Shown here: piece after piece, positions 51,044 through 63,600 of the stretch | How positions within the stretch are numbered: position 1 is the stretch's first letter | Layout: the number at the start of each line of letters is the position of its first letter | NCBI GenBank assembly: GCA_001643675.2 | Contig: LSRY02000012.1 | Coordinates: 1,736,001-1,800,000, forward strand | Direction of reading: 5' to 3' | Source of the DNA: Monocercomonoides exilis PA203 | Lineage: Eukaryota > Protista > Preaxostyla | DNA length: 64,000 nt | Notes under the pieces: model-generated | Seen by the model: the letters and a program-made list of their open reading frames with translations, nothing else | Databases searched by the model: none | Told to the model about the DNA's origin: nothing | Program-made: the position numbers and the translations under genes

Positions 51044-51427
51044 TTACTTTGATTCTTCAATCTTTTTTGGCAGAAGATAGTGGAAACTTTTCACTGGAAC
51101 ATGTTTAACCAAGACGTAGTATTTATCCTTTGCGTCTTCGTCTTCAGACAATTTTCTCTCAAATGAAACACGAATGCGACGTGGGATGTTCTTAATTCCT
51201 GTTTTCCAGACATAGCTGTTAACTTTGGTATCAAGACGAACGTCACGGGTGCGCATGTATTTCTTAGCGAACTGTCTGATGGTTTTAATTGCGCGAGGAG
51301 CCTTCTTTTTGAAGGAGATAGCGTGGCATGCTTTGTGAAGATTTATCGTCATTTCAACTTCTTTTGGTCCCTTGTATCTGCGCTCATTCTGCTTCTTTTT
51401 TGATTGTTTCTTCAACTTTGGTGCCAT
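51044..51427 (-). CDS. RPL31: 60S ribosomal protein L31 (eL31), intronless
   Basis: MTINLHK...SFKKKAPRAIKTIRQFA.K.MRT.DVRLDTKVN.YVW..GIKNIPRRIRV is the eL31 signature. ATG taken at MAPK (51427). Confidence 0.97.
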   Translation of the reverse strand: MAPKLKKQSKKKQNERRYKGPKEVEMTINLHKACHAISFKKKAPRAIKTIRQFAKKYMRTRDVRLDTKVNSYVWKTGIKNIPRRIRVSFERKLSEDEDAKDKYYVLVKHVPVKSFHYLLPKKIEESK

Positions 51428-51639
51428 CTTAAAACAAATCAAAAATAATCCCAAAAAATCAATTTATATCCAAATAAACAATAATGCCATCAATTTTAAT
51501 CTATGATGATAATCTACTAACAAGACAAACTTCCCTTTTCAAAATGATCAAATGGATTAAATATTCCTCATTTGACAATATTTGTGAATGATGCGCAAGT
51601 TAGGGTCAGATCAGTTGTTTGTGGGATAACTACAACTTC

Positions 51640-54600
51640 ATGAGCGCTTGGTATGAAAAATGAACTATTGTTCAAATGCTGTGACTTTTTGTTTTCAAAT
51701 ATTTATTTTTGTTCATACGAATTTTGTTTTAATTGAAAATTATCGATGAATGAAAAAATTAAAAATTCTCTTTGACTTAAGGTCCGTTCGTCAACGCGAC
51801 TATGAGCTTGAGCGAAAGCTATATGCTTTAAATTTTTCTGAAACTGAAGCTCAACATCCATTGTTACAAGTTCCAGAAACAGCATCACCACAAAAATCAA
51901 AGGCATCAAAGAGTGCTTCTTCACAAGTTCTTGATTATGATCCGCTTAGTGGTGATTCTGGTCTTGGAGATGACCCTTTGACTTTTGGGATGAAAACTGT
52001 AACTACTTATGAGCAGGAAGATGAAGAAGACGATCCAATTGTAATGAATTTTAAATTTTTTTGTTGTAGTGATGTTTCTTTATTTGTTCAAACGCATTGG
52101 TTTTTCTAGATATTTTTCACGCCTAGTCATATGATTCGATATGCTGAAAAGGGTATTTTGAAAGTTTATTTTGATGTTCATGGGTCAAGAATTTATATTT
52201 GATTTTATCTCAAAACAGATATGCCTGCACGCTTCACAATCCGCTTAGAGAAGCTAAATAATTCAGATGCGAAGGAAATTGAAGAAGTGCATGAACTTTC
52301 ATTTCAAGGAGTGATTGAACTTGCTGATCAGCGAAAATCTGAACTTGCTGAAGCGTGGAAAAATGATGAGAAAGTGAAGGCTTTAAAAATTGTTATTCAA
52401 CTATGCAAGTTTTTGACAGATGTGACATATCCGTACTTGTACCCTCGTCTATTTGCGATTGTGTGTCAAGGTCTCGATATGTTTGGGGAAAAAGTGTTTG
52501 AGAGGCTTTCTGTGATGGCATTCAAAGTTCCACAGCCTGGAAAGTTTTCACCGGCAGAGGTTGATGCGAAGACAAAGGAGACTGCATTGAACTGGCTTTA
52601 CAAAGTGTCGTCTATTCGGGAGCTGATTCCGCGTATCTTCGTGGAAGCAGCACTTCTGAGGGTATTTTCCTTCCTTTTGGATGACCCATACACTGCAACA
52701 CTCGAAAGGCTTTTGCAGCAGACAAACGGAATCGGCCATCCGCTTGTGTCTGCATATGCCCGCAGCTACATCGCAAAAAAGGGACTCGAAACAGACCGCA
52801 CCATCCGCGAAACGAGCGACGTTTCGCTGATTTTCTCGTCTTCAGCTTTGTCGTCATCGTCCATTGCATCTTCTTCTGCATCTTCTTCTTCATCTACGTC
52901 GTATTCGGTGAGGAGCGGAAGAGGAAGGACGATGGAAGAGAAGGAGAAGGAGAAGGTTATCTTCAAAAACAACTTTGACGATTTCCTGTTCCAGCTGAAC
53001 AATGCTAAGAGCCAAAAGGTTTGTTTAAGAAAGCAAAAGATAATGTTAAGTTATCACTACTTTTTCAATGGAAATTTTTTGGGTCATTTTTGAATTGTTA
53101 AGTTTTGGGGATATTAGGAGATTTTATGTTCAATCAATTTATCACCCATTATTTTCTTCTCATTTATTTGTATTTGCAGCGTAAAGACGAGATGAAGCAG
53201 CTGGGCATTGACTTCTCAAAGTATCTTCGTGTGTATTCGCCTTGTATGCAGATGCTTATCACATCACTCGCTCGCTCAAACAAGCACGTATGCTCTTCAC
53301 ATTTAATATTATCCCTATTGTGATAAATCTTAATTTCATTTATTAATAAAATTTTCAACAATTGAATATTTTGTGTAATCACACGAATGTTGATATCTTT
53401 CTCCATCAGGATGATTTGTGTGCCACTCTGCTGCGTCTGCACTCCACAGCCTGTCCGGACTCTCTTCTTCTGTTCCATCTGATTGAGCTGTCTCCTGCAC
53501 CCCGCATCGTCTTTCACATCGACACCATTTTAGAGAGAATCAGAAAGGACCCAGCTGTTGCTCAGTTCTTGGGATCTGTTTGTGGCGTTTTCATCTGTTT
53601 TATCTGCTTTTATCTGTGTTATGTTTTATTATCTGTCTTTTATGTTTTTCTTCTCAAATTGCATCTGTTCAGGTGAAAAAGAAGTCCTCTTCATCTTCTT
53701 CTGCTGCTGCTGCTTCTGCTGAAGTGATTCCGTCTGCCTACAACTTGGCACGTCTTCTGAGTGAGCTGGGCAGGCGCCTTTGCGAAGCAGCACCCGACGA
53801 AAGCGACCGGCTCGTTCTGCTCAACACCGTCTGGAAGATGGCCACGAAGATCACAAATGTGCAGGAATATCTGCTTGTCACACGCACCTGGATCAAATAC
53901 CCCATTCTCTACTGCACTGTATGTTATTCTGATGGAGATTACATTATTGGAGAAATGAATTTATTTAATATTGCATTTTTGGTTTATTTATAAAAACAAC
54001 AATATTGAATTCATATGTTGGTTTTGAATGAATAACATTCTTTTATTTGCATCTTGTGTTATTTTCAGGATCAGCAAACAGACATCTTTTTGAAGGACAT
54101 AGCGAGGCATATTCAAGGCACACCAGAATTCACTCAGAAATCAGCAGCTGAGAAAGAGATGGAAGAAGTCGACAACGCGACAAAGAAAGACGAACAAGCA
54201 GAAGACTCGAAAGAAGGCGAAGGAGCGAAAGAGAAAGCGAAGAAAGAGGCAGAGCGAAGGGAAGAGCGGAGAAGAGAAAGAGCATCGCAGTCTCTTTCAT
54301 CTCCACCTCCAGCAATGCAGCTGCTGTGTGAGACGCTTTGTGCAGCAGCCACAGCCCATCCGTCGACAGGCACACTCATCGCAAACACGACCTTCCAGCA
54401 GCTGTCGAACCTTCTCTCAGAAGACGAGTCCAGAGAACTCGGAATGGTCATCATATCTGCTGTGGCACGGTGTGTTGTGAGGGAAAGAGAAAGAGAAAGA
54501 GATTGGCGAAAAGAGTGTTGTTGCATATGAATTATGATTGTGATAGAAGGATATGAAATTTGAAGAGTTTGAGGGAAAGAAAGAATTAGGTGGGAAGGAA

Positions 54601-56621
54601 TCGTTTGTGATGCTGACATAAAGAATTCATTTATTTGTAATCAGATTTATGCATATTGAGAAATGAGTCATTGTTTTATATTGAATATTCTTCAATTCAT
54701 TTTGCTTTTTTCTATTTGTTATTTGTTTGTTTTTGTTGTATGCTTATTGTTTCAGCCCATCTGTTCCACCGATCACAGACTCGGTGACTGTGTACTATTT
54801 GTTTGAGATGGCAAAGAAGGCCTTTTTGTGGGTGGACTCATTCACAGCAGAAGACGAGCTGAATCGAATGGACAAAATGTTGGTGCAGTTTGCTACGAAA
54901 GTCGATCTGGGAAGAGACATCGAGCAGCAGCTGACATTTTATGTGGATTTGCGACGAGTGTTCCCGAAATACGAGCTTCTGAAGACGAAAATTGTGCTTT
55001 TTGTGAATGGACTTGCAATGAAGGTATGCTAAAATATGGAAATATCAGAGAAAGAAATAATAGAAATATTGATTGACATAAAAAAATGGTTGATTGGAAG
55101 AGAGAAAGAAACAGTGAGACGTAATTTCAATTGCTTTTGATGATTAGAAATTAACTGGAAAAAATTTTTTTAAATTGAATTTTATAAATTAATATGTTCA
55201 TTTTGTTTATTGAATTCATTATGTATTGTATGATTGTGCAATTGCGTAATTGTAAACTTCTTTTATTTCCCTGACAGACATGTCGTTTTGTGAACTTCCA
55301 CCACACAAAGAGAACGTTGTCATTTGTGAAAGGATGTGTAGCCTTCAGCCATGTCACATGCCCCTCTGTTGCTGATGTTGGCGACAGAATTCGACTTCTC
55401 ATTGATTCTGCTTGTGTTGCCTTTGCGAACAATCTGATTGGACAGGCTGAGGTGCTTCTGAGGCTGATGATAACACAAATATTGGAGATGCCTGCTACAA
55501 AAAGTGTGTTCCATTTCATCCATTGAAACGAATTCTTCATTTATTGATATTCTCTATCATTTATATTACTATATCAATAATTTGATTAATACATGTGATA
55601 TTTCATTACCTTTTCCCAGCAATACGTTCAGAAACAGTGGACACAGAGCCAGAGCTTGTGGAGCTTGTGAGCGAGATGATGTCTCTTCTTGTGATTGCGC
55701 CTGGCCATCCAACATTTGGTGCATTTGTTCTGATTCGTGCTTTGATCAAAGTCATCAACGATTACAGCTGGAGGCCAGACACAGGCTCAAGGGGTATTTT
55801 GTTCTCTCGGATGGTCTGGCTGCTCGCAACACTCGGACAAAAGAGGCTTCCATTCAAAGCAAAAGACGGTATTGAACTTGAATTTTAATATTTGTGATAC
55901 AAATTTGATGAATTATCATATTCCATTTATTTTTTATTTGTGATGATTTTACAAATGATAATAACTTTCTATTATTTTTTTGTATTTTGTTGATGAAAAC
56001 AGTTGATAGCAATGATGCGCTGTATGCACAGATGCCTGAGTATATGGAAGAACTTGTTGGGCTGATGGTAGAAACAGTCAACCAAGCGTATGATGATGTC
56101 AGACGTCTTCGTGAATCAACAACAACTGAGGTTAGATTGAATGATAAAATAAATTCATTTCTTTATTCATATTATTTGATAACTAATTTTTTTCTCACAA
56201 ATTTAAAGGGGAAAAAGGCGCTTGCAATGGTCTGTATGTATTTAAGTGAGACACTCATGTTGGCGCCTGTTGTGAATCTTCCTGGTGCCACAATGGTTAC
56301 AAAATGTTTGGACCAGGCATCAAAAGCTATCCACGAAACAGAAAAAAGCGCTGCCATCTCAATTCTTGCACGGTATGACAAATAGAAGATTTTCTATTTT
56401 ATTTACTTAAAATAACTTTTTTTGTTTATTTCTTTGTATCTTTTACTTTTGTCTGAATTGATTGCATTTTCAAATGAAGCGCTGGAGGGAACCAACAGCA
56501 CTGGATTAATTTTGAAAAGAGACTTCGGTATTTGGTTGAGAAGGATGGAAATATTATCATTAAAAAACTTTGGGGGCATATATACGATCTTCAAAACCCA
56601 CAAAAAGTAGTAAAACAATAA
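51640..56621 (+). CDS. VPS35L: VPS35-like Retriever subunit (C16orf62), multi-exon
   Basis: AWKNDEKVKALKIVIQLCK, YPRLF...DMFGEKVFERL, KETALNWLYKVSSIRELIPRIFVEA, GIGHPLVSAYARSY, GRDIEQQLTFYVDLR, FVKGCVAFSHVTCPS, PGHP and VDSNDALY match VPS35L as I recall it. Micro-exon 51640-51650 gives MSAW|SVRQRDY. The last exon is inferred to end at 56621. Confidence 0.92.
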
Positions 56622-58444
56622 TGAAGAGAATAATTTTATAATATTTTTGTTATTGCATTGATTCTTAGGCTTTTCTTTATTTTTCTCACTTCTTTCATTT
56701 TATTGCTTCTATACTGAGGGATAATAAATTATAATTTTTATCTTTTCTCATTTCTGCCTATTATTTTACACTTCTGTGTATCTATGATGTTTTTGTTTAG
56801 AATATGACAACTATTTTTTGAGATTTACATGAAAATGATGTAATTTTCACCACAAAAGAGCAAATTTTCACAATAAGCAACAAAAATGTTCTTGAAAATG
56901 ATGTTCAACAAAAGATATTGGGACATGTCTTGTTTGCGAGTCTTTATTATCTTTTCCCATGACTGAAGCGACATTGTTTTGTTTCTGAAAAAATGAAAGA
57001 ATTATTGATTGTCCGATTTTTAACATTATATATTTTTCTTTTGAAAATTGTGTTGTTCTATAAGGAAATTTGTCAATGTCAAACTCACTGCATAAATCAA
57101 AAACTGATGGGAGATTAATTAAAAAATCATTTCTTTTATCGGAGAGTCTGTTATTATAAAAATTCATGGTCAATTGTGGGAAAATACGAAATTTCAAACT
57201 TTTTTTTGCATTTTGTGCAGAAAAAATGGCTTCACTCATAACTTTGATTTTCTATTTATAATTCCAAAAATGATTGGATTTCGTTATTAATAAACAAAAA
57301 TTATAAAAATATGGGTAATTCTTTTTGAAAAGTCGCAAATGTTTAATTTTCATATATATCAAAAGTTTCATATTTTGTTCAAAATTTCGTTTCCACTTAT
57401 GAATCTTCTTAAGAATGTTTGAAATTGCATTATCCAGAAATAGATTCCATTTTTGTGATGTTTGAAGTTCACGGACAAAAATTTCATAAAAATATGAAAA
57501 TTTTTATTTATTTGAAAATTTATCATTTGCGACTTTTCAAAAAGATTTACCCATATATTATAAAGTGCCATGGAACCAATCACGTATTTCAAAAAATGAA
57601 TTCATTTTCATTGTGTTTTTTTTATTACAAAAAGAAATTCAAAAGTGCTTCATTTTGAAATGAAAAAACCAAAAGTCCGATATTTTCCCACAATTGTTGA
57701 ATAATTTTCATTCTGTTGTTAAATGTTTATCTGTCGTTTCAAAACCCATTATTTTATTTAAAAAAATAGTGGAGACATTATAAAGGATCTTTCACTTTTT
57801 AAGGTTCATTCACAAATATTCATGACAAATACAAAAACCGAAATTTTCGTCAGAAAAAATAGGGTTTCAAAAATAATTGCTCATATTTGCATAAAAACTA
57901 ATCAAAAAAAGAAATTATTAAATAACATACGAAAGTGGAAGAATACAAATCTGAAATTATCATTTAATAGCTTGTTTATCTTTGTGATCAATCAGTAAAA
58001 CATAATAAAAAAGAAAAAAAAGCCAGGGAATTCAATGTTTTATTTTTTCTGTTTCAAAGAAGGAAAATTCAACACTTTATTTTGTTTATGTTCCTTTAAT
58101 GTGCAGTAAAATATCAGCTAATAAAAAAAAGATGATTGCATTTTTGACATATGATTTTATTAATTTGCGATTTTTCAATGTTCAATAAAATTTTTGAATG
58201 ATAATAATCATCGCCATTAAACATATATTTGAATGAAATTTTTTTTAATAAATTAGAACTGAAATTGAACTTCAATTTCACAATATTTGGATATAAATAA
58301 TTTTTTATGGTACAATTTTGATCAGTTTGAAAGAAAACAAAAACCGCTTTTATTTTGATTTTGAAATTTTCTTGAGTGAAAAAACGATAACAATTTAGCA
58401 TAAAAAAGAATCTTCCCCAAAAGAAGAACATTTTTTACTGACAG

Positions 58445-60673
58445 ATGGCATATTTGATGAAGCAATTTGAGGATGAAAATAAAATACAAACAGAAGCGAG
58501 TAGAACTTTTGTCAATATAAAATTTGTACCAAACGAAAATGACTGGAAATATCTTTGCAGTTGGGGATCAGAATCACTGTTGCAAAGGCAAAACGAGTCA
58601 ACTGTTGAAGGAGCATTACGGAGCGGAAGAAGTGAAGAACCATTTATGCCCTTATTAGAAAAATTCGAATGTTTCGGAGGAGATACTACGTTCTTGATTC
58701 CTTCAGTACATGAAGAAAATCAAAGCAAAGAAAATGAAGAGACTAGGAAACTTGAACAAATGAAACTTGATGAATTGCAAATCAAGAAAAGAGGAGAACC
58801 AAAAATAGAAAGAAACTCAATATTTATTAGATGCGATTACAACGATGCGTCTGGGATAAGTACTGGGCTTGAAATGTCTTCAAATGAGATTATCAATTTA
58901 CACAAAATATTTAAAGAAAAAGACAAAAAGAATTTTGATAAAGAAAACCATTGTATTATTAGTGAGAAAATGAGATTGGAACCATTAGTGGAAGAAATGC
59001 ACGAAAATTCATGTAAATTAACAAGCAATGAAAGAAATGACAAGCCAAAAGAAACGAATGATCTTAGATCTGCCAATTGTTATAGAAAAAAAACATGGAT
59101 ATGGCCTGAACGAATTGAAAATGAAATAGAATACGAAAAAGATGCGGATACGTTAGATTCGGAAGCTTTATGGAGGATTCGACGAGAAATGGCTCACAAA
59201 GTTTGGACAAACAATCTTAGAAAGGAAAGTGAAGAAATTACTGAAAGAGAAGGACATAAAGAACTAAACATTTACAATAAAAATGGACAAAAACAGGAAA
59301 CAATATATCCAGGCGAAATCAAAACAGAATATGCATTGAACATGAAGACCGAAACAGATTTCGAAGAAGCAACAGAAATAGAAGAAGAGGACGATATAAA
59401 TAGCTCTATTGCAGAAGGTCTAATGAGATGGTCTGTTGGAGAAGACAGAACTCGGAAGTTTGCGAGGGACATAGCAAGGAAGGTTAAAGAGGAATGGAGC
59501 AGAAAGGATTATGAAGCCGCATATACATTGCAAGGAATGGAAGATGAAGGAGCAAATTTGAAAGAAGAAGGAAAAGAAGAAATTAAAAATGAGAAAGAAA
59601 GATGTAAAAAGAAAATAGATGGCAACGAGAAAGTGACAGAGATAAAACACATAAACAGTAAAATGAGTGAAAAAGAACTTGGGATGAATAGAAATCCATA
59701 CTTGATAAACTGCAAAAAGGAAGATTTGACTCAAGAATTGAATGATACAAGCAATAATTTAGGAGCAGATGAAATGCATTTGTATTCAAGTCATTATCTG
59801 CAGATGCTTCAACAATCTTCTTCATTAACAAAATTGCATCATTCGACGTGCGGAGGAGAAAGTGAAGGTTCTTCGAAAGAGAATCATCTGCTTAGAATGG
59901 CTATTCAACCTACGTCTTATCACAGGGAATTAATTGAATACGATGAAAGACCTGAAAGAAACAGAAATAATGAGTTAACATTTTGCGATATTGATCACGT
60001 GAAATATGAAGAAATGAAAAAGAGAAAGGAAGACGGAAAAGAATCCAATGAATATGAAAGAGAGAAAAGAGATGTTATTCCGAAGAGAATGCAAGATATT
60101 AACTTGTATCAACTAAATGAATTTTATGAAAGGCCTTCAGATGACAGCAACAACTTGGCCAACTCCACTGGAATACAATTTGATGACACCTTCCATTCAA
60201 ATATTTATTGCATTCCTTTCTGTTCTTCTTATTTACCTCCTCAAAATCTTCAATATTCATTCCAAAATAGCATTCCTTTTTTACCAATATCTCACATTAG
60301 ATCTTCAATTCCTTCGCAAAACTTCTCTCTTTTATCTTCCTCCTTTTCAGAATCATTTTTTCCTTCTCCTTTTCCTTCTTCGACATCATCCTCAGCTGAA
60401 GAACCGTCACTTGTACTTTTATCTTCTCCATTAAAAATTGAAACAACTACATCTGAATTCAGACCGAATGTTGAATTGCCATTGCAAACGGGAAAGGAAA
60501 AGGAGAAAAGGACAACAACAGAAACAAGCGGTGCTCTTTTTGCGACTCCTCCTATTCGATACCCCTCTCCTGCTGTTCCAAATACAGGAACTTCTATTCT
60601 TGTGTTGCCGGCACAAAGAAACCCTCTTTTGGCTCTGCCACAGATTCAGAACAAGAAATTACAATTATCTTGA
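58445..60673 (+). CDS. Hypothetical protein (742 aa, Glu/Lys-rich, Ser/Pro-rich tail)
   Basis: Long open frame in AT-rich DNA. No recognisable domain. The ATG is preceded by a possible acceptor (ACAG), so an upstream exon is possible. Confidence 0.65.
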   Translation: MAYLMKQFEDENKIQTEASRTFVNIKFVPNENDWKYLCSWGSESLLQRQNESTVEGALRSGRSEEPFMPLLEKFECFGGDTTFLIPSVHEENQSKENEETRKLEQMKLDELQIKKRGEPKIERNSIFIRCDYNDASGISTGLEMSSNEIINLHKIFKEKDKKNFDKENHCIISEKMRLEPLVEEMHENSCKLTSNERNDKPKETNDLRSANCYRKKTWIWPERIENEIEYEKDADTLDSEALWRIRREMAHKVWTNNLRKESEEITEREGHKELNIYNKNGQKQETIYPGEIKTEYALNMKTETDFEEATEIEEEDDINSSIAEGLMRWSVGEDRTRKFARDIARKVKEEWSRKDYEAAYTLQGMEDEGANLKEEGKEEIKNEKERCKKKIDGNEKVTEIKHINSKMSEKELGMNRNPYLINCKKEDLTQELNDTSNNLGADEMHLYSSHYLQMLQQSSSLTKLHHSTCGGESEGSSKENHLLRMAIQPTSYHRELIEYDERPERNRNNELTFCDIDHVKYEEMKKRKEDGKESNEYEREKRDVIPKRMQDINLYQLNEFYERPSDDSNNLANSTGIQFDDTFHSNIYCIPFCSSYLPPQNLQYSFQNSIPFLPISHIRSSIPSQNFSLLSSSFSESFFPSPFPSSTSSSAEEPSLVLLSSPLKIETTTSEFRPNVELPLQTGKEKEKRTTTETSGALFATPPIRYPSPAVPNTGTSILVLPAQRNPLLALPQIQNKKLQLS

Positions 60674-61328
60674 TCAATGCAACTGCCTTTGAACTAATAA
60701 TTTCTATTTATTCTTCAGTTCGGTTAGTAAACATGAAATACTGATTTTATCTTCGAGAAGCAATAAACGAGTGAAGATTTTCAATTCAAAAAGGCGAATT
60801 CAGAAATCTTTATGAACAGTTTAGGAATGTTATTCATTTGACTTTCAAGATGATTATTTGAAAAATTAACAAAAAGTTAAAAAAAAAGTGCACAAACATT
60901 TTAGTGAAATCGAAAATATTATTGTTTTAAGAATATATTTTATGAATTTCAGTTTTTTGTTTTTTCCTTTTTTTTTAGACAATCATTACTTTATTGAAGA
61001 TGATTTCAAATTATTTTTGAGAAGCTTCTTTTTTTTTATTATTTTAAAGAGAAAATGTCCATCTTTTTTTTAAACTTTGCTTTCCATTTTATATCTTTAA
61101 TTGTCATATGAACTTAGGCGAATAAAAAAAGATTTATGTTAAAATGAATTGTTGCAATAAATATTTGAAACTCAAAAATGAAAATTACCGCAAAAAACGA
61201 GGGGGAAAAATTGATTCTGAAAAAGAAGAAAGAAAATATACATAGGAGGCAACAATCTTTGACAATAAGAATCAAAATTAATAACTTTTTTCAACACTCC
61301 AATCCAATAGGATTGTTCAATGTGAAGA

Positions 61329-63414
61329 TTACTGGTCAAAAATTATCACAAAAGAATTGCATTGCTCTTTTATCCATCTGATCAGGGGAGCAAAGCGACT
61401 AACACTTTCAGCAGAAGCAGAAGGAGTTGCAGAAGAAGATGGAAGAGAAGTCGAACTTGAAGGTGCACAACACATCTGAATAAGACGAGTTATTTCAATG
61501 AAGTTTTCATCAGCAAGCAACACGTCATCTTCAGGTTGTTTTTGGTCTTTTGATTCTTCTTCTTCTTTCTCTTCCACATCCATTTTGCTGTCGTCGCTTT
61601 TCTCTTCATCCATTTCGCATTCCATTTTCTCATCTGATTCGTCACCAAACATCCCATCGTCATCGTCCATCGTGGGAGATCCATACGAAATGTCGTTGAC
61701 TGCCTCAATCAGCGTCAGCTTCAGACAGAAAACTCGACCGTCCACTGAAATTCAATTCAAATAAATAAATAAAAAAGAAAGTTTAAAATATAAGCACAAA
61801 ATATTTCTATTCAAATGAATATAACATTTCTTTTCTTTTTTTTCCAAAATAACTTATATTACAATGCTCTTTCGCACACTCGTCATCCTCTCTTCTCATA
61901 CAACCTCCATCACACCTGTCAAAAGCATCAAGCCACCACGTGTAAATACCGAAGTCTTCAGTGCTGCAAGTTTAAATGGAAGTTTTCTCTCAAAAACAGG
62001 TGTCTTCATCTTCTCCACCTTTTCTATCACAGTGTTTCCGCTATCTGTCACCACGACTCTTCCATCATCGGTAAAGAAAGCCGTGTATCTTCCGCATTGG
62101 TCAACGTGGACGATGCTCTGGCAGTGAAAAAAGGTGGGCGGATGAATGGGAACAAATGCATCCTCAATGTATCGCGAAGGATCGTCAGAACATAAAATAA
62201 ATGGTACACCATCGGCTGCGACAATTATCATAAAAATATTACAAAAAATTGAAATGATATATTTTATTATATGAAGAATGAATGAAAAGTTTTAAAAGTT
62301 TAAAAAAAAACATATGAAATATTTACTGTCTAAATTTAGAACAAAACACACTTGTCAAAAGCATATTTTTCTCACCGTATATTTTTGATACAGTGAACGG
62401 GCCAAATATTCCATGTAATTCCCCCTTTCTCTTCAACAGCTCTTCTTTTGGATAAAGTGTTTCATTAAAGCGCGGATGGAACAGTTCATTCGAAGTCAGT
62501 TCAATAAGAGGCTCAGGTTCTGCAGTCATTTGAATACCCTCACTTTCAGATTCATTACTGCCATTATAGCTCGAAAGGAACCAATTTGAATCACCAAAGA
62601 ACATAACCTTCCCACTCTTTGTAACCCACACAGCGCTTTGAAACATTCCGCCAACTTCAATTATTTCCTCATTCTGCAGTGCTTCAATATTCTCTTTTCC
62701 ATTTACGGATATCCAACCTGGCAATGTTTCAAAACACGTGTTTCCTTTCGCATCAAGTCCATTAACTTTGACTTCATTTGTTTTATCCGTTACCAAAATT
62801 GTTAATCCTCGAATCCCTTTAAGAGTTTTAATGCAATTTTTAATTGTCAAGGGTTGCTTTTGTTTCCATGATTTTCCTTCTGATTTCTCAGAGCTATAAT
62901 CAAGAAACGTTGTTTTTAACTGATGATCTTCATTGAGGTAATACAATGGAAATAGTTGGCTTCCGCTGTCGTTATCGTACACTGATTGGAATGATATTGA
63001 CAAGACTGATATCGGACTATCAGTTGGAGCAGAAACTTCAGAAAGAGCACAACGAAGCGGAAGAGCTTCAATTGCACCAGATGCTATAACATTGTCGATT
63101 TCTCCTATATTTTCAATTATCATAACATCTGTTCCAACTGAATGATGAAGCACTAAAAATTAACATCCGAAAATTTACTCCGAAAATAACCGCATAAATA
63201 AAATCAAACTTCCGTTTAATGAATTCAAAAATAATTTGTGACTCATTAACGATTTGAATTTTCTTGAAATTGTCAAAAACTATCAGGAATAAATATCATA
63301 ACATAATTTGATTCAAACCGACTTGACATCTCGTAATGAATTCATTTCTTCTATTATTTTTAAACATAGTTCATCACTAATTTTATCCAGCGTAAGTTTT
63401 GAAAATTTACTCAT
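61329..63414 (-). CDS. F-box protein with degenerate RCC1-like repeats (multi-exon)
   Basis: Exons absent from the ORF track give MSKFSKLTLDKISDELCLKIIEEMNSLRDVKS|FLTISRKFKSLMSH, an F-box pattern. Downstream IIEVGGMFQSAVWVTKSGKVMFFG, IVHVDQCGRYTAFFTDDGRV and VDGRVFCL resemble RCC1 blades. Confidence 0.65.
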
Positions 63415-63600
63415 TGAAAACTCAGAAGCAAAACGAAAAATTTTATCACGAGATAATCAAAAAAATATAATGTATTTCCTTTTTAATTTGGAAAATTCAT
63501 ATGTTGCTCCAAACATACTCTATGGGCAAGGTTGGTTTCATTTCTATTTGGATTAAAAACTTTCAAAATCCCATAACCTTTATCCAATATTATCTGTTCA

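Noticed and set aside
56868-58431. Short AT-rich ORFs (56868-57239, 57368-57658, 58114-58431)
   Set aside because: F/K/N/I-biased translations typical of AT-rich non-coding DNA, with no motifs.
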